NCBI RefSeq assembly: GCF_009914755.1
Contig: NC_060942.1
DNA: 64,000 nt
Source: the human T2T-CHM13v2.0 reference genome, Homo sapiens
Reading direction: 5' to 3' (one strand)
This document shows positions 26,402 through 37,319 of the stretch, in pieces (position 1 is the stretch's first letter; the number at the start of each line of letters is the position of its first letter). The notes under the pieces are model-generated. The model did no database searches, was not told the DNA's origin, and saw only the letters and a list, made by a program, of their open reading frames with translations. Both the position numbers and the translations under genes were made by a program.

Positions 26402-26433
26402 CAAGACATCCACAAAAGGCGCAGCTCTGGAGA

Positions 26434-27626
26434 CAGGAGACTGCTGCGTGGGAGGAGGTGGTGCTGGAGGCCCTTGGGTGAGGGAAGAGGCAGGAGACTG
26501 CTGTGTGGGAGGAGGTGGTGCTGGAGGCCCTTGGGTGAGGGAAGAGGCAGGAGACTGCTGCGTGGGAGGAGGTGGTGCTGGAAGCCCTTGGGTGAGGGAA
26601 GAGGCAGGAGACTGCTGTGTGGGAGGAGGTGGTGGATGAGACCCTTGGGTGATGGAAGAGGCAGGAGACTGCTGCGTGGGAGGAGGTGGTGCTGGAGGCC
26701 CTTGGGTGAGGGAAGAGGCAGGAGACTGCTGCGTGGGAGGAGGTGATGCTGGAGGCCCTTGGGTGATGGAAGAGGCAGGAGACTGCTGCGTGGGAGGAGG
26801 TGGTGCTGGAGGCCCTTGGGTGAGGGAAGAGGCAGGAGACTGCTGCGTGGGAGGAGGTGGTGCTGGAGGCCCTTGGGTGAGGGAAGAGGCAGGAGACTGC
26901 TGTGTGGGAGGAGGTGGTGGATGAGACCCTTGGGTGATGGAAGAGGCAGGAGACTGCTGCGTGGGAGGAGGTGGTGCTGGAGGCCCTTGGGTGAGGGAAG
27001 AGGCAGGAGACTGCTGCGTGGGAGGAGGTGATGCTGGAGGCCCTTGGGTGATGGAAGAGGCAGGAGACTGCTGCGTGGGAGGAGGTGGTGCTGGAGGCCC
27101 TTGGGTGAGAGAAGAGGCAGGAGACTGCTGCGTGGGAGGAGGTGATGCTGGAGGCCCTTGGGTGATGGAAGAGGCAGGAGACTGCTGTGTGGGAGGAGGT
27201 GGTGCTGGAGGCCCTTGGGTGAGGGAAGAGGCAGGAGACTGCTGTGTGGGAGGAGGTGGTGGATGAGACCCTTGGGTGATGGAAGAGGCAGGAGACTGCT
27301 GCGTGGGAGGAGGTGGTGGACGAGACCCTTGGGTGATGGAAGAGGCAGGAGACTGCTGTGTGGGAGGAGGTGGTGCTGGAGGCCCTTGGGTGAGGGAAGA
27401 GGCAGGAGACTGCTGTGTGGGAGGAGGTGGTGGATGAGACCCTTGGGTGAGGGAAGAGGCAGGAGACTGCTGTGTGGGAGGAGGTGGTGCTGGAGGCCCT
27501 TGGGTGAGGGAAGAGGCAGGAGACTGCTGCGTGGGAGGAGGTGGTGCTGGAGGCCCTTGGATGAGGGAAGAGGCAGGAGACCGCTTTGTGGGAAGAGGTG
27601 GTGGACGAGCCCCTTGGGTGATGGAA
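26434..27626. repeat. 57-bp purine-rich minisatellite, about 21 copies
   Basis: CAGGAGACTGCTG(C/T)GTGGGAGGAGGTGGTGCTGGAGGCCCTTGGGTGAGGGAAGAGG; 19-aa periodicity in all three minus frames. Confidence 0.97.
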
Positions 27627-30252
27627 GTGTTCTGACACCTGCAGTGATGGTGGCACAACTGGGCACCTTTACCAAAAATCACTGAATTTTGTGCCCTTCT
27701 CAAGGGTGCATTACCTGTGTGAAACGTGCCTCCGTAGAATGCTGTGTGTTTAGGGAGGGGCTGGGAGACCCTAGCAATGCCACGTGCTTTTTACTTTTCT
27801 TCAACTGAGTTTTGAGCATTTTGTTAATGCAAGAAAAAGGACTCCTTATAAAGAGCGGTTCGCCGTGGGGTCTGAGCCTGTGGCGTGGTTTCAGTTGCCT
27901 CCTCAGCCGCAGTGTGGAGAGGAACAGTGGTCTCGGCCGAGCAGCGGCTGTGGGCACCTGCGTGTCAGCCCCTCCCTCCGTGGACAGATGCTCCTGAGCT
28001 TCCCCAGCAAAGACACTGGGACTGTGCGCCTTGTCCCCCCATCTTCCCACCTCCGGTGACCAGGCCTCTCCCAGGGACCCTCTGTGCTGGCCCGGCACCT
28101 GCTCTGATATGCCCTCCCCAGGGGTGTGGGTCCGTCTGCCCTCCACACAGCCCTTGGAGCCTCTCTTCACAGGGCCTGAGAGCTGAGTGTGGTTTCATAA
28201 CGTGGTTCATTGGCCTCTGAAGATGCTCAGTGCTGGGGGAATTGGGCTTGAAGCCATCACGTCCAACACACGGTCCCTGGACCATGTCCTGTAGGGAGTG
28301 TTAGGAGGAGTCTAGCTCTATTTTTAAATGACAGTGTTCATGACAGAATTTCTCGTAGGGAATAAAAATGTGTGTGCTTCCCAGTTACTTATTGTGTTGC
28401 TTAATTAAGAAATCTCTTTAGAAACACAGACGGGAGCATGAACTTCTCAGCCACTTCCTGCCTGGCTTCTGGGTGGTTCTGTGTTGCATTACTGGAGGTC
28501 TGGGTGTGGAATTTTGAGAATCTCTTGATCCTTTTCAGTTTAATTCTGAAACAGGGTTCTTCCTTCCTTCCAGATTACAGTGTGGACACTCACACACAGT
28601 AAGGGACAAAGAAAGTGTATCCCCTTCCAAAGATCCGCCCACCAGGCCCCGGACCCATAATCAAAGCCTGATACTGGGACAATGGACCCAGCGGCCGGGC
28701 CAGCCCTCCCCTAGTTATCACCCCAGAGCTGTGGCTGGGCTCTCTTTGTTCCGAAACGGAGCTGATGGAGCAGGACGCTGTCGCCAGGCACTGCGGGGAG
28801 GGGGTTATCAGCCCCTGGCCCGCGTCCCACCCCAGAGGTGAAGTCTTCGCCCCAGACAGGCCCTATCAGGCCCTCCCAGCTGCTGTTATTTTAGATATGG
28901 CAGGAAGTAGGGCCTGGAAACCGCACGGCTCCCAGCCCTTGGCAGCAGCTCAGTTCCCGAGGCTGCACTCAGAGCTGGTGGCAGGGAGGGAGAAGGCACA
29001 GCAGCCTGGACTGCGGGTTAGAGGGCTGTGCCGGGGCCGGTGGAGCCATGCGAGCGGCCGCGTAAATCAGGCAGGCGTGGCCGGCAGGCTGTGGCTCCCC
29101 ACAGACATGGGGCTGACGGTGTGCAGCGCTGGCTGGCGCAGCCTCTGCCAAGGGAGCCCCTGCCCTCCGGGGCAGCACCATGAAGACCTCACCCCTCAAG
29201 TGGATGGGTTTGCAGTTCAGCCCAGTGTCTGTTCAGCTGGCACCGATGGGCCCAGATGTCCTCCCTGGCAGTGTCTCAGCAGGCGCACAGACGAGCCCTG
29301 GGCCAGGGGACAAATGTGTGGGTTCCTGACGCACGTCCCCCGGAGCCCTAGAAAGGACACCAGGCTTCTGCACCCCCACCCGTGATGTGTTGCAAGAAGC
29401 CTCACGAGTCAGTAAAGAAAAACCTTCTCCCTCGCCCTCTGAAATAGTAAACGTTAGTGAGCGCATTCGCATCCGCAGTGCTTTTACGTGAGAAGTTAGG
29501 TTTTGGGAGCTTTCGGAGGAGCTGGCTGTGGAGGGAAACACGTCCGTCACGTGGCCACCGTCCCGCGGGAAGCTGGGGGCCGTCGCTCTGGCCGGGCTCC
29601 CCGCAGCCGCAGTCGCCGCGTCAGGCGGAGGATCCCTGTTATGTACTTTCCCTTTTCCACAGTAGCTGCTGCCAGCGGGCTGTAAACTACCGTATATCAC
29701 TCAGATTTAAGAACCCAAACTTTAAAACAAATTAAACTCTTGTTGACATTGTAATAAAAATCAGAATGGAACTGAACAGCTCAGTAAAAGTGAACTTCAA
29801 TTATTTTTGTGGATTTCAGATTGTTTTCTGGGATTCCCAGACTCCCAGTGCAGCTGAGTTATTTCCTCTTGGCAGAAGGCTGGAGAAAAAAGGTGGAGGG
29901 AGGGAGGGACGGACGGACGGAGGGCGCCTGGTGGGAGGAAGCCTGGTCACCTGGCTGGAGGGAGGGATGGACGGACAGAGGGTGCCGGGCAGGAGGAAGC
30001 GTCGTCACCTGGCAGTTCGCTCGGCCTGACCAGCAGCCACAGGGCAGCGGCGTGCGTGTGAGGGTTGGGTGAGGGGGCGCATGGGCAGGTGTTTTTTATG
30101 TGTTTTAATTTAAGAAAAGAGCTCAGAAATGTTTGTCAGAGCCTATCTGTTAATTAGGTGTTTATGCTGGATTAAAAGAAAAATTGAAAGCACTAGTCTG
30201 ACTGCCCCTCAAAAATGTGCTCGAAGGCTCATAAACGCACGGAGGGTCTGAA

Positions 30253-30610
30253 CTCCCTCCCCTCTCTCTCGGTCTTTCTCTGTATCTCTATCCCTCTCTC
30301 TGTCTCTGTCTCTCGGTCTGTCTCTTTCTCAGTCTGTCTCTCTGTCTCCCTTCCTCCCTGTCTCTGCCTCTTTGTCTCCCTCCGTCTCTGAATCTCTGTC
30401 CCTCTCTCCATCCATCTCTCTCCGTCTCCCTCCCTTCCTCGCTCTGTTTCTCTGTCCCTCTCTCCATCTCTCCGTCCATCTCTCTCTCTCTCCATCTCCC
30501 TCCGTGTGTCTCTGTCTCTCTTATCTCTCTCCCTCTGTCTCTGCCTCTCTGTCTCTCTCTCCGTCCCTCCCTCCCTCCCTTTCTCTCTCATGGCGGCCTT
30601 TTCTTTTGTT
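30253..30610. repeat. CT-rich low-complexity polypyrimidine tract
   Basis: (TC)n/(TCTG)n-like sequence over about 350 bp. Confidence 0.92.
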
Positions 30611-32477
30611 GCTGTGTTCACTGTGATGTCTGGTTCTTTTCAGCTCCTTTTCTCTGCTGGAGTGGACAGGGTTGTCGGTCTCCACTGCCGTGCCAGGTGT
30701 CTGTGCTTCTTGCAGTGTCCTGTACGGAGAAAGCGGAGAACTAGAGCATTGGAGAGACCCGCATGGAAGGAAACGCCATTGCTGGGCAGTGTTGCAGCCT
30801 CCGCAGAGGTGTGTGGGCTCCGGGGAGAGGGACGTGCTGGCCCCTGTGCAGTGGCGTGGCCCGTGTCCTTTCCCCGCCGTCCACTTCCTGTTCCCCTTTT
30901 CTGCACCTGTCTCTAGCTGCCTTCAAGGCGGAGCTTTGGCACCCACATATGCAGATGTCCACCGCGCCTGCCGGACGCCAGCTCTCCACCAGCCGGAACT
31001 CACCGCCACCCACCCTGGGCTGCCAGCTCAGCTGGGGCCCAGCCACTCCCCCAGGTCCCCCTTCACTGTAGGAGGAGCTGGGCCTGGGATGTGGACAGTG
31101 GGCGGCGAGGGGGTTGGCCATGCAGAGGGCGTGGGAGGAGAGGAGAGCACGCAGATGCCGGCCCGGTGATGTTTCCTCAGACGCCCGCGCAGTGCCATGC
31201 CGTGGGCCTCACATGCAATGCTCCCCTGCCTAGAGGGGCACCCCTGCTCCCAGGAGGGTCTCAAAGAGACCTGGGTTTCTTTTAAGCAGTTTTGACCACT
31301 TTGATTAGGTCAGTGATCTCCATTAGATCTGGACCTGCTAAAGTTACAGAAGGTTCTGGAAGGTGCCGGCACAGTCTGAGCTGAACACCCATGACACCTG
31401 AGCAGGAGGCTGTGACAACTGTCAGCTCACGGACCAGGGAGGGAACGCGAAGCTGGGGAGCTCTGAGCTCCAATCCCAGCTTCTGCTCCTGCTCAGAAAG
31501 CCCTCCCACTTTCTCTGGGCTGACCTCACCTCGGTGTTTGGAAATGGACCAAGACTTATCGGAAAGTGTCCTCGGCGCCAGGTACCACACTGAGCTCACA
31601 GGCTGCTTCCATTTAAAGTTAACCACTCTTGGTGCAGCCATAAAGCCTCGTTGATCTTTGGTCCTTTATTGTGAACAGACATCTCGAAAGAGCCTGTGTC
31701 TCCACGGTCAATCTTTCTTCTGAAGACATATTTTAAGGCTTCTTCAGAAACCAAATTTAGGAAAACAGAAGAAATTAGTGCTTAGTTTTCCAGATAACTC
31801 ATAGCCCCCCCCAAGGAGGAAATTCAGACAGGACAGCGAGCAGGTTCCCGGGCCGTCACTTCAGGGTCACCTGATGGGAGCCGCAGCCGTGGTGAGGTTC
31901 GCTGGGTCATGCCCCCGTGCGGAAACTCAGGGATGGGACGGATTCCACTTTCAAAAGATGACATAGAATGAGTGAGTATTTAGGAATTACTTTAGGGCTA
32001 AAAAAAAACCACATATGGGGATCAGATCCCTGAGCCCTCAGAAAATCGGAGTAGGGAGAGGGAGAACAGTTGAAGCGAGAAGTTAAATAATTCACGTTTA
32101 AATCACAATTCCAGGTGAGATGAATGCGGCCCTACCTGATGGCACCTGCGTGGTTGCCACAGGCGTGGTGGAGGGCTCTTGCGTTTGGATTTGAGGGGCT
32201 TAGAGGTCAAAAAACTTTTCGGAGGAACAGGGATGGGCCTGTCTCTCTTTTATTTCAGCGGTCTTTTCTGTTTATGTGGGAAACGCAGTGTCATGAGGTT
32301 TGAAACCCTGAGGATGAGATGCATTCCCAGTTGCCAGGCTCGGTTTCCAAGTCTGCTGGGTTTGGGAGCGGTCGGTTGATAGAATTTCTTCTAGAAGACA
32401 GGGTGTGGGGGCACCCAGGTCCTTCCTGCGGAGGCGTCCCTGCCCTGTGTGGCCCTGGGCACAGACCCCGGCATCCC

Positions 32478-32625
32478 CTCCACGGGGCTCCTCTGCCGGG
32501 GCATCCTCTGCCGGGGCATCCTCTGCCGGGGCATCCTCTGCCGGGGCATCTTCCGCCGGGGCATCCTCCGCCGGGACATCCTCCACCGGGGGCTCCTCCG
32601 CCGGGGCATCCTGCTCCGGGGCATC
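32478..32625. repeat. 15-bp tandem repeat, about 9-10 copies
   Basis: CTC(T/C)GCCGGGGCATC units. Confidence 0.92.
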
Positions 32626-33819
32626 GTTCGCCGGTCTTGTCGCTGCGGTGGAAGTGTCGTGTTCCCAGCCAGGCTGGGAGTGGTCGCTGGCGAGGCCTGG
32701 CGTGGGCCCGCGGTGTCTGTCAGGGTGCCCTGGGCCAGCCCCGCTGATTCGATTTAGAGCTAACGAGAGTCCACCAACGGCAATTACAGGAACCTAATGG
32801 CCTTCCTGCCGCACCGCTCCGTGGCACCCGGCTCGCTGTGATGAATTGCTCATTATGTGCAGTGTTGGAATAGCCTCCACAAGATTAATAATTGGATAAT
32901 CAATACAGAAATTCAATCTTGGGGTGTTTTTTTCACTCCGGGGTCAATATGTCCTGAAGATTACAAGGCCCGACTCTGCCTCCCCCCTCCCCGCTGCTTC
33001 CGCGTTGGGAGTTTGGCCAGCACCTCGCCACACGATGGGTCATGGTGCGTTGTCTCCGTACCTCCGTGACTTTTCTATTCTTTGCAAACAGCAGGTTCTG
33101 CCGGGGGTCAGTGCTGCTAACACAGACAGCAGTGACTCCACGGTGGCTTCCGTTAAGCCAGGGGAGGGCGGCACAGGTAATGGCTGTGAGGGCACCAGGG
33201 CCATGGCACAGTGGCGGCCGTGGAGGGAAGCCTCGCCGTGCCCAGGATGTACGTAGCCTGAGCTGTGGAGGGGTGGAGGGCAGGTTCAAGAGGGGCTGTG
33301 CCTCCCGCCAGGACACGTCTGCGCCCCTGAGCTCCTGAGGCAGTCAGGGCCTGGATTTCCCTCCCAGAGGTGCTCCCCTGGCTGCAGCATGGGGAGCTGC
33401 CTGCGTGGTTTCGAGGCTCTCAGTGGGGGGCCAGCCGGTGAGGCACTGAGCTGGCCCGAGGAGAGCTGCTGAAGCTCAGGACGTGCAGTGGAGCTGGGAG
33501 ATGTGGATGGACTTGCTGCGGGTCCGGGACCTGCCTAGGGAGTTGGCAGGATTCGGGGCTTCTGGGGGAGGCCAGGAACAGAGGGCGGCACGGGCCTGGG
33601 GAGAGCAGGAAGCTGTGTGCTGGCTCTCAGGAGCCCAGTGGATGGGACGCAGCTGAGACGTCCGCAGCCATCCCAGGATGCGCAGGTGGCGGGAGCACGC
33701 GGGGCACAGGAGCCTGTCCCGGCAATGGCTCCTTGTCTCCGGCCCAAGCGACCCCTGGCATGGCGGACAGAGAGGCCCAGGAGGAGCCGGCCTCAGGGAG
33801 GATGGCTTGAGGAGACAAG

Positions 33820-33902
33820 CCCCAGGACGCAGCCTGACCCCAGGACACGGCCTCGCCCCAGGACACGGCCTCACCCCAGGACACGGCCTCGCCCCAGGAC
33901 AC
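33820..33902. repeat. 18-bp tandem repeat, about 4.5 copies
   Basis: CCCCAGGACACGGCCTC(G/A) units. Confidence 0.88.
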
Positions 33903-35835
33903 TGGCGAGTGTTTGGACTTTGTTGAAACTGCGCCACAGGCACTGCCCTGGGAGGTAAATAAACGGAAAAGCGTCTGACTGCAGCAAAATCCTGGCACCA
34001 CCTGGCACTAGGACCTCTCCCACCACGTGGAGTTTAGACTAAGGCTTAGGGATTTTATGAGAACGGCAGCCACTCCGCCACACCCACACACCCCGAACTT
34101 TTGCTTTGCCTTGAATTTTTCTAGACAGCCTCCCAAGGAGGAGAAGCAACCCTGGCTAGGAACCGGAGCCGGAGCAGCATCTGTGGCTCCACGAGGTCAG
34201 AGCCTTGGCAGTTGTGCGGCTGTGGACTCACACATGTGGCAGGAGGAGATGCCTGCAGTCGGCGGGCCCCTTGTGCTTCCCGTTTGCTGAGCTGCGGTCT
34301 CTCCAGTCGGTGGGCCCCGTGTGCCTCCCCCGTTTGCTGAGCCGTGGTCTGTCCACCTGGATGCGGCACCTGTGCCCTCTGCTGCGCTCTGGGCTGTGGC
34401 TGCCGTTTGAACAGTGGAGCCTGCACACGTGAGCCACGTCTCATCCCACTCGAGCTCTCAGCCCCTGTATGTGTCAGGGAGGTCCTGAGGGCGCCTTCTC
34501 CACGTGCTGCGGGGAGGCGCGCTGACGGCCACCAAGTCCACTGGAAGAAATAGCCTTCCCGTGTGAATGTGGGGTGCTGCCTGCAGGGACGTCCTGACCG
34601 TAGGTCCGCACCCCACCCACACCAAATCGCCTTCCGTACCCACCTGGCTCATGTGCCTATAAGATGGGAGAGGGCCTGGCAGAGAATTTCGCTAGAGACG
34701 CAGGGAGTTGTATCTGCCATGTTTTTAAAGAGCGCTTTAAAAACGGTATCACTTTCGAACGCTCGGCTCTCAATAAAAAGGAGCACTGCCAGTATTTTAA
34801 TTCCTCTCTCGATACCCAGAACCACCACCAGGCTGTGTCAACTCCCGTCGGCGTAGAGCAGCTGATGCCCGCGGGTGGACTCCGGGTTCAGGGCACTGGG
34901 ACCGCTGCAGAGACGCCGTCCCCGGCCCCCACCTGTAGGGTCTGCAGGGAGATGACCTGCTTCCCGTGGCGGAGGGCACCTTGGCCTCCGCGGCCAGGGC
35001 GTGAGGCTCCCGGGTCAGCACACGGCTTTCTCAAGGACCAGGCTTGAGGATCTTTCCCTTTTCTGCTCTTCCACCCGCCTCCCACCCACCTTCCCAGATA
35101 CCCGCGTCATCCCCCGAGGCTTCTGAGGACTCTGGGCTGTCCCCAAACCTCAAACAAAATGTCACTTTAAAAACTGGTACAAAAGCACCTCTTAAAGATT
35201 CAAACGATAATTCGAAAACATCGTGGTGGTGAGGGACACGTGCTTTCCCGCCGGCGGGGGCGTGGACGTCGTCTTTCGTGGGCAGCCCTAGAGAAGTACT
35301 CTTCAAGGCGAGTGTCCCTGGGGCATGGGGGCGGTTTCCCTTGCAGCTAGCTCCCGGTCTCCTCCCTCTGACCCAGGGCTCCCCAGACATTACTGGGGCT
35401 GCATCTGCCGGGGGTGTGTGGCCTGTGTGCTGCCGAGCTCCAGGTGACACCCACGGTGGTTCGTGGACACTCACCATGAGGGGAGGTGCGTGGCGTGGTG
35501 AAGCCTGAGGGTACACTGGCTGTGCCATGTGCATGCCCACGTCCAGGACGGGCCACTGTGGAGCCCATGGATCCTTTGTCTCCCTGTGTGCTAGCCTCTG
35601 TCCCTTCTCGGGGACGTGTCCCCACCTGAGCTGGCCGCTCACTGTGCTTCAGGCTCCTGTGAAGGCCGTGCTGATCTCCACGGTGAGCGTGGACGTGCGT
35701 GGGGCAGAGTGAGCGGAGTGGCAGGTTCCTCCAGGCGCTGCCCAGGTTCAGCTGTGAGCCGGTCCAGGTGTGGCCGCAGGGATTGGCGTTCCCATCTAGT
35801 TGTCATTGCTGAGATGTTTAAAAATCACACCCTCA

Positions 35836-36266
35836 GCCAGCACAGTGGCTCACACCTGTGATCCAAGCACTTTGGGAGGCCAAGGCAGGAGGATTGGTGA
35901 GCCAGGAGTTGGAGACCACCCTGGGGCAACATAGCAAGACCCCATCTCTACAAAAATTTTAGAAATTAGCCAGGTGTGGTGGTGCACACCTGTGGTCCCA
36001 GCTACTTGAGAGGCTGACGTGGGAAGATCACATGAGCCCAGGAGTTCCAGACCAGCTTGGGCAACATGGTGAAATCCCACCTCTACCAAAAATACAAAAA
36101 TTAGCCAGGTGTGTTGGCGCTCAGGAGCTGCTCAGGAGGCAGAGGAGAAAGGATCGCATAAGCCTGGGAGATCAAGGCTGCAGTGAGCTGTGATCGAACC
36201 ACTGCATCTCCAGCCAGTGACAGAATGAGACCCTGCCTCAAAAAAAAAAAAAAAAAAAAAAAAAAA
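35836..36266 (+). mobile_element. Old Alu(s), three-monomer structure
   Basis: Two A-rich linkers (about 35947-35968 and 36083-36103) precede the final right arm and A-tail (36240-36266). Confidence 0.85.
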
Positions 36267-36438
36267 CCAATCTCACTCCCCACCCCCACCACCCTGGCAT
36301 GCCTCCGAAGCAGGTGTCTTTTTTAAATGGCCGTTTTCTTACATAGCCACAGTGCAACTTTCACACCTAACAAAATGGCAGATTCTCTGGTAAGAGGAAG
36401 ATTTAGTTGAAAGTCACATTTTAGTAAGGCAGGTTTGG

Positions 36439-36733
36439 GGCTGGGTACAGTGGCTCACACCTATAATCCTAGCATGTTGGGAGGCTGAGGCAAGAGGATC
36501 ACTTGAGCCCAGGAGTTGGAGACCAGCCTGGGCAACATAGCAAGACCCTGTCTCTATACAATTTAAAAATTAGCCAGGCATGGTAGCATGCACCTGTGGT
36601 CCCACCTACTTGAGAGTCTGAGGAGGGAGTATTGCTTGAACCTGGGAGGTCGAGGCTGCAGTGAGCTGAGATCATTCCACTGCACACCAGCCTGGGCAAC
36701 AGACAGAGCAAGACGCTGATTCTAAAAATAAAA
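36439..36733 (+). mobile_element. AluJ-like element
   Basis: Full dimer with GAGGATCACTTGAGCCCAGGAG and GGTCGAGGCTGCAGTGAG (J-type). Confidence 0.88.
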
Positions 36734-36737
36734 TGCA

Positions 36738-37319
<582 letters not shown>

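Larger units (their letters stand above)
19600..27745 (+). mobile_element. Old degenerate L1M (3' end L1MB-like), sense to NFATC1, interrupted by Tigger1 and a VNTR; 5' boundary uncertain
   Basis: A-rich sequence with ORF1 remnants (about 19900-20720, CAACCAAGAATTCTATATC). ORF2 remnants include the endonuclease start ATCACATTAAATGTCAGTGGA (about 21204), CACCATGACCAAGTGGGATTTATCCCAG (22800) and peptide [30 protein letters not shown] (ORF 24233..24436). 3' UTR pieces lie at about 24600-24911, 26402-26435 and 27610-27745. Confidence 0.88.

Noticed and set aside
26137-27703. Three ORFs of 465-518 aa on the minus strand
   Set aside because: A 57-bp (3n) VNTR open in all three frames, with flanks from Tigger1 and L1.
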